Shown: piece by piece, positions 1-9,155 of the stretch
Layout: each line of letters opens with the position of its first letter
Position numbering within the stretch: position 1 is the stretch's first letter
Notes under the pieces: generated by a model
Told to the model about the DNA's origin: nothing
The model's database searches: none
Seen by the model: only the letters and a program-made list of their open reading frames with translations
Program-made: the position numbers and the translations under genes
Assembly (NCBI GenBank): GCA_964404275.1
Contig: CAYOJH010000001.1
Coordinates: 41,512-105,511, forward strand
Direction: 5' to 3'
DNA: 64,000 nucleotides
From: an uncultured Gammaproteobacteria bacterium
Lineage (GTDB): Bacteria; Patescibacteriota; Patescibacteriia; SG8-24; DYFX01

Positions 1-174
1 GGCGCGGAAGGAACCGCGCGTTTCATCGAAGGTGTCGATTTTGGCAAGCGCCTTCAAGAAGACCTGGGACGTCAGGTCCTCGGCCGTCTCGCGGTGCTGG
101 GTGCGGTAATAGACGTAGCGATAGACGTCGCGCACATGCGCGTCGTACATCGATGCGAAGCGGTTGGAATCCAT
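1..174 (-). CDS. ECF-type RNA polymerase sigma-70 factor (N-terminal part; runs off the window edge)
   Basis: Manual translation from ATG at 174: MDSNRFASMYDAHVRDVYRYVYYRTQHRETAEDLTSQVFLKALAKIDTFDETRGSFRA, a typical ECF region 2 (AEDL..VFLKA, SF.A). Not in the ORF track. Confidence 0.85.
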   Translation of the reverse strand, partial: MDSNRFASMYDAHVRDVYRYVYYRTQHRETAEDLTSQVFLKALAKIDTFDETRGSFRA

Positions 175-196
175 GGGAGCGCTCTCACCAGTGTAC

Positions 197-222
197 TACG
201 GAAGGCTTTTCGGAAGGTAACA
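197..222 (-). promoter_or_regulatory. Candidate ECF autoregulatory promoter TGTTAC-N16-CGTA
   Basis: Resembles the B. subtilis SigW/SigX-type tGtAAC-N16/17-CGwA/C consensus; directly upstream of the sigma gene. Confidence 0.45.
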
Positions 223-224
223 TC

Positions 225-255
225 AAAAAGAAAAACCCGGAACCGGAGTTCCGGG
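225..255 (-). terminator. Intrinsic terminator of the Fur/ATPase/SCO5389-like operon
   Basis: CCCGGAAC-4nt-GTTCCGGG followed by TTTTTCTTTTT, right after the stop at 256. Confidence 0.85.
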
Positions 256-654
256 CTAGCAATCGCGGCGTTCGGGCGTCTGGTTCAGCACCTGAGCCTC
301 GATTGAGGTGAATTCTCGCCAGGCCGTACCGCCGACCGCTTCCGGACGGAAGGCGGCGATCTTGTGGCAATTCTGGAAAGCCAGGCGAACGCCGAAGCGC
401 TCCTCGACCGCCGTGCGGATGGCGGTGCCGGCCATCAGGCGCAAGAGCTGCTGGCGAACGCCGTCATCCATCTGCGGAGGCGCGTGCAGCGCGCGATCGG
501 CGTCCGGCTCGGCTTCGAGCCGCTTGGCCAGATCGGCGACGATGTGGAACGCGTCATGCAGCGAGTCGTGCACGACGCGGACGAACGTCGCGTTCGTGAC
601 GGAACGGCCGGCCTTGGCGTCTTCGATGATCGGTTGCGGAACGTTGAGCGACAT
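256..654 (-). CDS. SCO5389-family-like small protein
   Basis: MSLNV start, QLLR.MA..AIR, FGVRLAFQNCH and C-terminal LNQTPERRDC recall the actinobacterial SCO5389 family; SD GGGGAG. Confidence 0.75.
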   Translation of the reverse strand: MSLNVPQPIIEDAKAGRSVTNATFVRVVHDSLHDAFHIVADLAKRLEAEPDADRALHAPPQMDDGVRQQLLRLMAGTAIRTAVEERFGVRLAFQNCHKIAAFRPEAVGGTAWREFTSIEAQVLNQTPERRDC

Positions 655-728
655 GTCTCCCCTTTTTCTGTTCTCCGGCGTCCGTCGCCGGCCTCGCGCC
701 CTTTCAAGGAAGCGGGACCGGCGACCGA

Positions 729-1667
729 CTAGGCCGGATAGCGGAATTCGAGATCGACTTGTCCGGAAAGATCCGTGCCGACCGCGGCGTTGGCCCAGGA
801 AACGGCGTTCTTGAGATGGAACTCGATCGACTGGCGCTGCATCGCTTGCCAGTCGCGCGTGCGGGCGTCGAGCGCGCCGCGCAGCCTTTCGAGCGCTCCA
901 AGGACGCGGGGCTCGAGTTCCGTGATCGCGGGCGCTTCCCCGCGCTCCATGGCGCGCACGAAGTTCGAGCGCGGGACGGAAGCCAGCAAGGCGTCGCCGA
1001 CGCGCTCGCGCAAGAACGCTTCATCCTCGGCATCTTCGATCTTATTGCCGACGACCGCGAAGGAAAGGCGGTAGCCGTCCGCGTACTGGCGATACTGCTC
1101 CCAGACGCCAAGCGCCTGGCGCGTCGGTTCCGCCACGACCACGAGCAAGTCGAATTTGGCGAACAGCCCCGAAGCGAAGGCGTCGGCGCCGGCCGTCATG
1201 TCGACCACCACGTATTCGTCTTTCCCGTCGATCAGGTGATTGAGCAGGAGTTCGACCGCGCCCGTTTTCGAGTGAAAGCATTTCACCCCGATGTCTCCGC
1301 TCTCGAATTCGCCGGTCGCGAGATGCGTCACGCCGTCGATCGCGCGCCCGAAAGCCGTGAAGATCGGGTTGCGCTCGTTGAAGCGCAGGAGGCGCGAGCC
1401 TCGTCCGGGCGGCGTCGTTTTGACCATCTCGTCGGCCGAAGCGATGCGCGGATTCGCGCCGCGCACGTATTCCTTGAGCAGGCGCATGTCGGCGGCGAGC
1501 GCGAGCGCCTGAAACGTATCCGGAGCGCCGAGCGCGGCGGCCAGATGCTGATTGATGTCCGCGTCGATCGCCAAGACCGGCTTGCCGAGCAAGGCGAGAT
1601 ACCGGGAGAAGAGGGCGGCCAGCGTCGTCTTGCCGCTGCCGCCTTTGCCCACGAAAGCGATTCTCAT
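729..1667 (-). CDS. CooC/MinD-like (SIMIBI) ATPase
   Basis: Starts MRIAFVGKGGSGKTT (deviant Walker A); IDAD.N, VVVDMTAG, VVGNK; KCFH at the position of the CooC CxC. Start reset to 1667. Confidence 0.85.
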   Translation of the reverse strand: MRIAFVGKGGSGKTTLAALFSRYLALLGKPVLAIDADINQHLAAALGAPDTFQALALAADMRLLKEYVRGANPRIASADEMVKTTPPGRGSRLLRFNERNPIFTAFGRAIDGVTHLATGEFESGDIGVKCFHSKTGAVELLLNHLIDGKDEYVVVDMTAGADAFASGLFAKFDLLVVVAEPTRQALGVWEQYRQYADGYRLSFAVVGNKIEDAEDEAFLRERVGDALLASVPRSNFVRAMERGEAPAITELEPRVLGALERLRGALDARTRDWQAMQRQSIEFHLKNAVSWANAAVGTDLSGQVDLEFRYPA

Positions 1668-1668
1668 A

Positions 1669-2085
1669 TCAACGGCACTTCTTGCACAGGCCGAACAGTT
1701 CGAACGAGTGGCGCAAGAGCTTGAAGCCCGCGCGCGTGGCGATACGGCGTTCGGCGGCTTCGAGCTCGGCATCCGCGTCGATGTCCTGGACCCTGCCGCA
1801 TTCCAGGCAGACCGCATGATGGTGATGCGTGCCCGCAAGCTCGTAGAGCATCGCACGGCCTTCAAAGCGCACCGACTCCGCGATGCCTTCGGCAACGAGG
1901 AATTCCAGCTCGCGATAGACCGTGGCGCGATCGACGCCCGTCTTTTTCTTTTTGAGCGACGTCAAAATATCCGCCGCACCGATCGGCGAGGGCGAGGCGT
2001 CCAGGAGCGCGATGATCGCTTTGCGAGCGGCGGTTAAACGATGGCCATCGCGCTGCAGACGATCAAAAATGGCGGCGTTTTTCAT
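1669..2085 (-). CDS. Fur-family metalloregulator, probably Zur
   Basis: RLT.AR, DRATVYREL, HHHHAVCLECG, terminal GLCKKC; shares an operator-like palindrome with znuA. Confidence 0.9.
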   Translation of the reverse strand: MKNAAIFDRLQRDGHRLTAARKAIIALLDASPSPIGAADILTSLKKKKTGVDRATVYRELEFLVAEGIAESVRFEGRAMLYELAGTHHHHAVCLECGRVQDIDADAELEAAERRIATRAGFKLLRHSFELFGLCKKCR

Positions 2086-2093
2086 ACGCCGCC

Positions 2094-2122
2094 ATCTTAA
2101 TGCGACTTTGTCGCACTGTCAA
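2094..2122 (-). promoter_or_regulatory. Sigma70 promoter TTGACA-17-TAAGAT with operator palindrome TGCGAC-N3-GTCGCA (2101-2115) in the spacer
   Basis: Near-consensus hexamers; -10 is 8 nt upstream of ATG 2085; 6-3-6 inverted repeat. Confidence 0.85.
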
Positions 2123-2685
2123 CCCTCGCGCGCGGTCTTGAGCGCCTTGGCCCACCAATCAAGCTGCGCCAACGTGCCGGCAAGTTTCTTCTCCTGCATC
2201 TCGTCGGCCTTGAAGCCCTCCGCGGAAAGCGCTGACCAGACATTCATGAGATGCACCGCTTCGCGGATGTCATGCATCTGGAGCTCGCCCGCGACTTGGC
2301 GCAGCTGCTCGACGGAACGCGCGCCGCCGACGCTGCCGTACGCCACGAAGCCGACGGGCTTGTTGTTCCATTCGGCGTAGAGATAATCGAGCGCGTTCTT
2401 CAGCACGGCGGGATAGCCGTGATTGTATTCGGGCGCGATGACGATGAAGGCGTCGAGCCCGGCGATCTTCTTGGACCATTCTTTGGCCAGATCGACGGAG
2501 TAGTCGCCCTTCAGCGCCATGACCGTCGCCTTCTCGTTGAAAAACGGCAGCGGCCAGTCGCGCAGGTCGATGAGTTCCGGATTCCAGCCCTCGACGGTTT
2601 TCGCGCGCTCGAACACCCATTTGCCGACGGGTTCGCTGACGCGATTCGGGCGCGTGCTTCCGAGAATGATGCCGACGTTGATCAT
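2119..2685 (-). CDS. NADPH-dependent FMN reductase
   Basis: GSTRPNR, PEYNHGYPAVLKNALD, GGARSVEQLR. Confidence 0.92.
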   Translation of the reverse strand: MINVGIILGSTRPNRVSEPVGKWVFERAKTVEGWNPELIDLRDWPLPFFNEKATVMALKGDYSVDLAKEWSKKIAGLDAFIVIAPEYNHGYPAVLKNALDYLYAEWNNKPVGFVAYGSVGGARSVEQLRQVAGELQMHDIREAVHLMNVWSALSAEGFKADEMQEKKLAGTLAQLDWWAKALKTAREG

Positions 2686-2688
2686 AAA

Positions 2689-3087
2689 TTATTCTTTTTT
2701 GAATTTGAGCGAAGCGGAGTTGACGCAGAAGCGCTTGCCCGTCGTTTCCTTCGGTCCGTCGTCGAAGACGTGGCCGAGGTGCGAGCCGCAGCGCGCGCAC
2801 ATGATCTCCGTGCGGGCCATGCCGAAGCTCTTGTCGACCGCCGTTTTGATCTTCGAAGGATCCACGGCTTGCCAGAAGCTCGGCCAGCCGGAACCGGAAT
2901 CGTATTTCGCGTCGGACTTGAAAAGTTCCGCGCCGCAGCCGCGGCACATGTAGGTGCCGTGCTCTGTATTGTGGTAGAGCTCGCCGGAACCGGGCGGTTC
3001 GGTCCCCTTCTCGCGCAAGATGTGATACTCCTCCGGCGTCAGGGCTTCCTGCCATTCGGCGTCTGAGCGTTTGAAATCTTCAGGCAT
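2689..3087 (-). CDS. msrB: Peptide-methionine (R)-S-oxide reductase
   Basis: [35 protein letters not shown]. Confidence 0.97.
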   Translation of the reverse strand: MPEDFKRSDAEWQEALTPEEYHILREKGTEPPGSGELYHNTEHGTYMCRGCGAELFKSDAKYDSGSGWPSFWQAVDPSKIKTAVDKSFGMARTEIMCARCGSHLGHVFDDGPKETTGKRFCVNSASLKFKKE

Positions 3088-3188
3088 AGATATGTGATCA
3101 GACGGATGACTGCCGGGCGTTCTTACCCGGCAATGGTCTTATCCTAGCACAAAAAGAAAAACGTCCCGATCATCGTGATCGAGACGCG

Positions 3189-3929
3189 TCAGAGATCTCC
3201 GCCTGCTCCCCCGCCGTCGAAGCCGCCTCCGCCTCCGAAACCGCCGAAGCCGCCTCCGTCGCTGCCCCCGCCGGAAGTCCCTCCTCCGAAGAAGCCTCCG
3301 CCCGAGGAAGAACCGCCTCGGCCGCCATCGGCCCAAGCGATCAGCAAGGCGAGTCCCGTCACTCCGCCCAGGCCGCCGAGGATGATCAACATCCAGACCC
3401 ACCAGGCCCAGCCGCCGTCGACGGCAGCCGAAGCTTTGGGCGGCGTCCGTTCGGCGAGCGGCATCGTGCCGAGCGCGGCGATCACGGCGTGTGCGCCGTC
3501 GATCACCGCTTGGGCATGCTGGCCGCTCTTCGAAGTCGGGCTGATCGTCTTGCGGATGATCCGGCTCGTGACGGCGTCCGTCAGATACGGTTGGACGCCG
3601 CCGGCGACCGCGATGAAGACCTTGTGGTCGCCGAAAGCGAAGAGCATCACGACGCCGTTGTTCTTGCCTTCCGCGCCGACGCCCCAGGTTCTGCCGATCT
3701 GCGTGGCGAATTCCATGGGATCCCGGCCGTCGAGCGACGGCACGGTCACGACCGCGATCTCGATCGACGTCGCCTTCTCGAAGGAAGCGAGGTCGGTCTC
3801 GAGCGCTTGCGCGGCGGCGGGCGAAAGGACGTTATCGTAGTCGTTGACGTAGCCCATCGGCTTGCTCGGCAGGTCGAAACCCGCGAGCAGCGCGACGGCG
3901 GCGAAGAGCATCAGGATGCGCGTGCGCAT
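3189..3929 (-). CDS. TPM domain protein with Gly-rich tail
   Basis: VNDYDNVL, WGVGAEGKNNGV, TM helix, GGFGGFGGGGGFDGGGAGG tail; next to lemA. Confidence 0.9.
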   Translation of the reverse strand: MRTRILMLFAAVALLAGFDLPSKPMGYVNDYDNVLSPAAAQALETDLASFEKATSIEIAVVTVPSLDGRDPMEFATQIGRTWGVGAEGKNNGVVMLFAFGDHKVFIAVAGGVQPYLTDAVTSRIIRKTISPTSKSGQHAQAVIDGAHAVIAALGTMPLAERTPPKASAAVDGGWAWWVWMLIILGGLGGVTGLALLIAWADGGRGGSSSGGGFFGGGTSGGGSDGGGFGGFGGGGGFDGGGAGGDL

Positions 3930-3936
3930 CGTCGCC

Positions 3937-4536
3937 TCACTTCTTCCCGAAGTCGACGCGCGGCGCCTGATCGGCGCCGCCGGCGGCCTTGAAGGATTCC
4001 TTGTGCTGGTAGCCCGCGAACTTCGCGCCGCAGCCCGTCATGACGCCGCGCCCGGCCTTGTTGTAGGTCGCGACGGCGTCGTTGTAGTTCTGCCGGGCCA
4101 CGTTGATGCGGTTCTCGGTGCCTTCGAGCTGCGACATCAGGTCTTGATAGAGCGGCGCCGATTGCAGCTGCGGGTAGTTCTCGCTGATCGCGAGGAGCTT
4201 CCCGAGCGACGCGCCGAGTCCGGCCTGCGCCCTCTCGTAGGCTTCCACCTTGGCGGGGTCGGACAGGTCGTCGACCGTGAGCTTCACCTGCGTGGCTTCA
4301 GCCCGCGCTTTGGTGACGCTCTCGAAGACGTCAGTCTCGTGTTCCGCGTAGCCTTGCACCGTCTTGACCAGGTTCGGGACGAGATCCGTCCTTCGCTGGT
4401 AGGAACTCTCGACGTTGCCCCAGGCCTTCTGGACGTTTTCGTCCGCGTTGACCGTGGCTTGATAGCCGTTGCAGGTCACGCCTCCGAACACCACCAGAAC
4501 GCCGAGCACGATTGCGGGAACGGTCCATTTGCCCAT
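3937..4536 (-). CDS. lemA: LemA family protein
   Basis: YQRRTDLVPNLV, ENYPQL, LEGTENRINVAR; SD GAGGAG before ATG 4536. Confidence 0.93.
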   Translation of the reverse strand: MGKWTVPAIVLGVLVVFGGVTCNGYQATVNADENVQKAWGNVESSYQRRTDLVPNLVKTVQGYAEHETDVFESVTKARAEATQVKLTVDDLSDPAKVEAYERAQAGLGASLGKLLAISENYPQLQSAPLYQDLMSQLEGTENRINVARQNYNDAVATYNKAGRGVMTGCGAKFAGYQHKESFKAAGGADQAPRVDFGKK

Positions 4537-4665
4537 GTCTCTCTCCTCATTGGCAGTGCATCTGCCGCCGCAAAGATAGCAGCCGCGCGCAAAAACGTCA
4601 ACGCCCTTGCGCGCGCCGAAAGAATGTTCCATTCTGACCATAACGTCCTTTCAAAGGAGCACGAG

Positions 4666-5334
4666 ATGAAAAAAGCCGACGGCGGCGGAGACGACGAAAT
4701 CGAACCCGATGACCCGGCTGAAGGCGAGGCGGAAGTGGCGCGATTCGAGGCGCTGCTCGGCCTGTATCCGCTCGACCGCGCCAGCGAGATCACCAAGGCC
4801 TACTTCGAAGCCCTGCCGCCGAACGACGGCGTGTTCCTGCCCGAGACGAGCGCCGAAGAGCTCGAAGCCGAGATGGCTGACGCATTCGCGCTGCCCGATG
4901 ACGCTTCGGATGAGGATCGCGCCGAAGTCGAGCAGATGAAGCAGGGGTTCCGACAGATCCGCGGCAAAAAAGTTTCCGAGATCGAAACGACGCCGGAAGA
5001 GGATGCGCAGTTCTACGCAGAGGAAGCCCTTACCGGCCTCCGACAGCTCTTCAGCGGTTGGGCGCAGACGCTCTATCTCTGGGAGAAGCAGGAAGGTGCG
5101 GGCGCCCGTCTGACGGACACGTTCGAACCGACCGGACCGATCCGCGCCTTCGGCGGCAAGACCTGGCAGGAAATCGCTGGCACGCCGACGCCCTTCACGG
5201 CCGACGAGATCGCCGAGCTCCACGCCGTCTTCGCCGCCAAGCTGCGCGCCGCGATCGACGCCGATCCGACCTTCCGGCTGGCGAGCGACTGGACCATCAA
5301 GAAAGACGCGCAAGGCTACCACCTCGTGCCCTGA
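4666..5334 (+). CDS. Acidic hypothetical protein
   Basis: SD AAGGAG, 222-aa ORF with coding-like codon use, terminator immediately downstream. Confidence 0.75.
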   Translation: MKKADGGGDDEIEPDDPAEGEAEVARFEALLGLYPLDRASEITKAYFEALPPNDGVFLPETSAEELEAEMADAFALPDDASDEDRAEVEQMKQGFRQIRGKKVSEIETTPEEDAQFYAEEALTGLRQLFSGWAQTLYLWEKQEGAGARLTDTFEPTGPIRAFGGKTWQEIAGTPTPFTADEIAELHAVFAAKLRAAIDADPTFRLASDWTIKKDAQGYHLVP

Positions 5335-5368
5335 CCCTGTACCGGACGGTACAGGGTTTTTCTTTTGC
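5335..5368 (+). terminator. Hairpin terminator, second copy at 27906-27939
   Basis: CCCTGTACCG-GA-CGGTACAGGG followed by TTTTTCTTTTGC. Confidence 0.8.
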
Positions 5369-5404
5369 GCAAAATCAAAACCCGACCGAACGGTCGGGCC
5401 TTGA

Positions 5405-5478
5405 TGGCTCGGGGACTTGGATTCGAACCAAGATTCACGGCTTCAAAGGCCGCTGTCCTACCATTGGACGATCCCCGA
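5405..5478 (-). tRNA. tRNA-Gln(TTG)
   Basis: Cloverleaf TCGGGGA...TCCCCGA-G-CCA; anticodon loop CT-TTG-AA; GGTTCGAATCC T arm. Confidence 0.95.
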
Positions 5479-5546
5479 ACGCGTTCCTAATCTAATGAAT
5501 TTTTTGAATCACGTCCAGCCGCGTGTTGTGCTATCATCAGTCCGTT

Positions 5547-6857
5547 ATGCCCACCCATCAAGAAAAAGTCGCCCGGATCGCTGCGCAACTTAAAGCTCGG
5601 ACGAGCACGGAGCCGGTCAGTTTGAAGAAGCGGGCCGTGTCCCACGAGGTACCGAAGCTGAACGACAAGCGTTTCGGCGACGAGAAAATCGACGTCAGCG
5701 ATCTCGATCAGGTGTTGTCGATTGATGCCGAGCGCCGCGTCTGCGTGGCCGAACCGGGCGTGACCTTCGTCGATCTGGTCGAAGCGACGCTCAAACACGG
5801 TCTCGTGCCGATCGTCGTGCCGGAACTCAAGACCATCACGATCGGCGGCGCGGTCGCGGGTTGCTCGATCGAATCGATGTCGTACGTGCATGGCGGTTTT
5901 CATGACACCTGCCTCGAATACGAAATCATCACCGCCAAGGGCGAGGTCTTGATCTGCGCGCCCGAGAACGCGCATCGGCTGGTCTTCGAGATGGCGCACG
6001 GCACCTTCGGCACGCTCGGCGTCATCGCCAAGCTGACCTTCAAGCTCATCCCGGCCAAGCCGTTCGTCAAAGTCACGTATGAAAAATATCCCGACCTCGA
6101 AGCGTACAAGGCGGCGATCTGGAAACGCTACGAGGCGCGCGATGTCGATTTCATGGACGGCATCATCCACTCGCCGACCGAGCTCGTACTCAGCCTCGGG
6201 CAGTTCGTCGACGAAGCGCCTTACGCGCATCGATACGACTGGATGCGCGTCTATTACTTGAGCACCAAAGAGCGCAAAGAGGATTACTTGCGCACGGCCG
6301 ATTATTTCTTCCGCTACGACAAAGGCGTGACCAACGTGACGCCGAAGTCATGGCTCGGCCGCCTGGTGTTCGGCAAATTCATCGACTCGTCGCGGATCCT
6401 CAAGCTCGTCTACTTCTTGCGCCGCTGGCTGCCGAAGGACGCGATCCCCGTCACGCTCGACACCTTTATCCCCTTCTCGCGGATGACCGAGTTCTTCGAC
6501 TGGTACAAAAAAGAAATCGACTTCTTCCCGCTCTGGTGCGTGCCGTACAAGCGCATGCATCTCTACGAATGGATCAATCCGGAATTCGTGCAGAAAGCGC
6601 CCGACGAGCTCTATCTCGACATCGCCATCTACGGCTTGAAACGGAACGACGGAAAAAATTACTACAAACTGTTCGAGAACGAGCTGCTCGAGATCGGCGG
6701 ACTCAAGACGCTGATCACGCCGAATTATTATTCCGAAGAGGATTTCTGGAAGGTCTGGAACAAGGACAACTACCAAGCCGTCAAAAAGATCGTCGATCCC
6801 GACAACATTTTCAGGGGCCTGTACGAAAAGACCTGCCGCGCGACGCGCGGGCAGTGA
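5547..6857 (+). CDS. FAD-binding oxidoreductase, DHCR24/Rv3719(BfaA)-like
   Basis: EPGVT, VVPELKTITIGGAVAGCSIES, FPLWCVP, C-terminal DPDNIF.GLYEK. Confidence 0.8.
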   Translation: MPTHQEKVARIAAQLKARTSTEPVSLKKRAVSHEVPKLNDKRFGDEKIDVSDLDQVLSIDAERRVCVAEPGVTFVDLVEATLKHGLVPIVVPELKTITIGGAVAGCSIESMSYVHGGFHDTCLEYEIITAKGEVLICAPENAHRLVFEMAHGTFGTLGVIAKLTFKLIPAKPFVKVTYEKYPDLEAYKAAIWKRYEARDVDFMDGIIHSPTELVLSLGQFVDEAPYAHRYDWMRVYYLSTKERKEDYLRTADYFFRYDKGVTNVTPKSWLGRLVFGKFIDSSRILKLVYFLRRWLPKDAIPVTLDTFIPFSRMTEFFDWYKKEIDFFPLWCVPYKRMHLYEWINPEFVQKAPDELYLDIAIYGLKRNDGKNYYKLFENELLEIGGLKTLITPNYYSEEDFWKVWNKDNYQAVKKIVDPDNIFRGLYEKTCRATRGQ

Positions 6858-6867
6858 CGGACCTTCA

Positions 6868-7755
6868 TCAAGCCACCAGCCAGGTACCGAGGATCATGCA
6901 CGCGATCGCGACGAGCTTGCGGAGCAGCAATTTGCGATTCAATTCTTCGCGCAGGATGGCCGGGCGATAGACGCTGATCAGCACGGTCAGGAGCAGCAGG
7001 AACAGCGGATTGGTGCCGACGACCGCGTTGACGAGCGTGATGTAGCCGGTCGAGGCGGCGAAGAGGATGAAGATCGTGGTGACCGAAGTCACGCCCTCGC
7101 TGACGAGCGTCGCCACAAGCACGCGCGCGCCGTGCGTGCGCACCGAAGACCGGAAGACGCCGTAGCCTTCGCGCATGAACGGCACCGTCGCGAAGAGCGT
7201 GCCGAGCTTGCTGTAGGCGAAGATCGCCCACGGGTCGAGCGAATCAAGCGCGAATTTGATCGCGACCACGCCGACGGCCACGAGCCCGACCGACAGAAGC
7301 ATCCAGGCCATGCCTTTGCCGAAGCGGAAGCCGCGCAAGCGCTTGAGCGAAAGCAGAATCGCCCCGCCGCTGATAAGAAGGACCCCGAGGTATTTCACGG
7401 GCGACAGAACTTCGTGCAGGAATCCGGCCGCCAGGATGGCGACGATGACCGGCGTGAGATCGTAGAGCGGCACGACGCGCGAAATCTCTTCGACTTTGAC
7501 GGCTTGGAAATAGCAGAGCGACGAGGCCGCGAAGGCCGCGCCGGCCGCGAGCGTGACGAGGAGCGGCGCGAGCGGCAGCCGCGGGAATCCGAGGATCGCA
7601 AGCGCGGCGAATCCGGAAAGCGCTTCGATCGCGCCGAAAACGAAGTACGAGCCGGTCGGCTTCGTCATCCAGTTCGACAAGACGGCCTTGTCGATCACGC
7701 TGGTGAAGGCGATCGCGGCGGCGGCGATGAGCGAATAGAGGATCCAGAGCGGCAT
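6868..7755 (-). CDS. EamA/DMT family transporter
   Basis: About 10 hydrophobic helices in two repeats (FLHEVL, LREEL); start reset to 7755. Confidence 0.85.
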   Translation of the reverse strand: MPLWILYSLIAAAAIAFTSVIDKAVLSNWMTKPTGSYFVFGAIEALSGFAALAILGFPRLPLAPLLVTLAAGAAFAASSLCYFQAVKVEEISRVVPLYDLTPVIVAILAAGFLHEVLSPVKYLGVLLISGGAILLSLKRLRGFRFGKGMAWMLLSVGLVAVGVVAIKFALDSLDPWAIFAYSKLGTLFATVPFMREGYGVFRSSVRTHGARVLVATLVSEGVTSVTTIFILFAASTGYITLVNAVVGTNPLFLLLLTVLISVYRPAILREELNRKLLLRKLVAIACMILGTWLVA

Positions 7756-7839
7756 GAGCGTCCAGTGTAGCATTTTTCCGCGTTGACAGTCGCCCGCCGT
7801 GCCTTTACCGTGGTCGCAGGCCACACGGGGAAGGCACCG

Positions 7840-8229
7840 ATGCAACCAAAAACGGTCGAGGTCATCAAGGTCCGCAATCTCGAACGCACCAAACGCTTCT
7901 ACGAAACGCTCGGATACGCGCTCGTCGAAGAATCCCATGACGGCGGGCCGGTCCACTATTCGGTGGATTTCGGAACGTATCTCTGGGAATTCTACCCGTC
8001 CACGTCCAATGGAAATCCGTCGCCGCCGACGAAAGGCCGCTTCCTGATCGTCGAGACGGAGGCTTTCGACCGTGTCCTCGCGCTCTGCGTCGAATGGGGA
8101 CTCCGGCGCGATCCGGTTTCGTACCATGATCCGCCTCGCAGGCTGCGCGTCACGACCGTCGCCGATCCGGACGGCTGGCTGCTCCACGTCCAAGAAACCG
8201 CGCCCGACGCGAACCCGCCCGTCCATTGA
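7840..8229 (+). CDS. VOC/glyoxalase-like protein
   Basis: VRNLERTKRFYETLG, EFYP, VADPDGWLLHV. Confidence 0.75.
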   Translation: MQPKTVEVIKVRNLERTKRFYETLGYALVEESHDGGPVHYSVDFGTYLWEFYPSTSNGNPSPPTKGRFLIVETEAFDRVLALCVEWGLRRDPVSYHDPPRRLRVTTVADPDGWLLHVQETAPDANPPVH

Positions 8230-8284
8230 CCGGCGGTTTTTTCATGTTAAAGTCTGGACGTCCGTGTGGACAAAAGGAGTTCCG

Positions 8285-9145
8285 ATGCCCTTTCAACCGA
8301 GCACGCCGTGGGAAGTGCGCCGCGCTGCCGCCTTGGTCCGCATGACCGGACGACGCATCCGCCGGCTCGCGGAGGCCGGCAAGAAGGTGCACGTCATCTG
8401 GGACGTCGATCACGTGCTGGTCTCCGGACGGAGCGAAGACGCTTTCGGGCTTCTGAAGTTCGACGTGGAGAAATACTTCGCGCACGAAGAGCGCCTGCTC
8501 CTGGAAATCCTGGAGGACGGCCCGTGGCTGCGGCTGGCCCGCGCCTGCGGAACGCTCTTCCAATCGCAGGACGTGGTCACGGCCCGCTCCAGTTTCCTGG
8601 CGCTGCGGGTCACCTTCTTCCTGGTGCAGCATCAACTGCCGATCCGCTGGCAGCTCTTCGTCGGGCATCAATCGAAGGCGGAAAGCTACCGGATCATCCT
8701 GAAATCGTTCGAGAAAGATCCGGACATGCACGTCTTCAGCGTCGACGACGCCAAGAAGCACAATGACGCCTTCGACGCGATCGCCGCCGAGCTCGGCATG
8801 TCCGCGCGCTGCCACAGCGTGCTCGCTCCGCAGATCCGGCGCCACACGCAGGAGGATCTCGAATACGAGATCGCGCAGATCATGCGCGTGTCCGGCGCGG
8901 AGCCGAAGATCATTCCGCCGCGCGTGCACGTCGCCGGAGCGTACAACCGCTACGTGCGCGTCGTGCCCGACGCCCGCAAGATCATTTCCGACATGCTCTG
9001 GAACGGCAGCCGCCAGGCGGAAGACCGCGCCTTCATCGATCAGCACCGGGCCGCGCTCGAAAAACTGGCCGCGGAACATTTTCCGGGCCAGCCGATCACC
9101 GACGAGCTTCTCCTCGTTTTCCGCGACATGGGCATGCCGCCCTGA
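8285..9145 (+). CDS. Hypothetical protein with HAD-like motifs
   Basis: WDVDHVL (DxD), VVTAR, K, SVDD; SD AAGGAG. Confidence 0.6.
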   Translation: MPFQPSTPWEVRRAAALVRMTGRRIRRLAEAGKKVHVIWDVDHVLVSGRSEDAFGLLKFDVEKYFAHEERLLLEILEDGPWLRLARACGTLFQSQDVVTARSSFLALRVTFFLVQHQLPIRWQLFVGHQSKAESYRIILKSFEKDPDMHVFSVDDAKKHNDAFDAIAAELGMSARCHSVLAPQIRRHTQEDLEYEIAQIMRVSGAEPKIIPPRVHVAGAYNRYVRVVPDARKIISDMLWNGSRQAEDRAFIDQHRAALEKLAAEHFPGQPITDELLLVFRDMGMPP

Positions 9146-9155
9146 TCGCGGTTTT

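Noticed and set aside
1668-1895. N-terminal extension of the ATPase ORF (track start 1895)
   Set aside because: Overlaps the Fur gene in another frame; homology begins at MRIAFVGKGG (1667).
3189-3330. GGC/CCG-rich repetitive tract and a Pro-rich plus-strand ORF
   Set aside because: Encodes the normal Gly-rich tail of the TPM protein; not a CRISPR or tandem repeat.
4600-5480. Integrated element at tRNA-Gln (likewise at tRNA-Thr and tRNA-Lys)
   Set aside because: No integrase, and no duplicated tRNA 3' end was found by eye.
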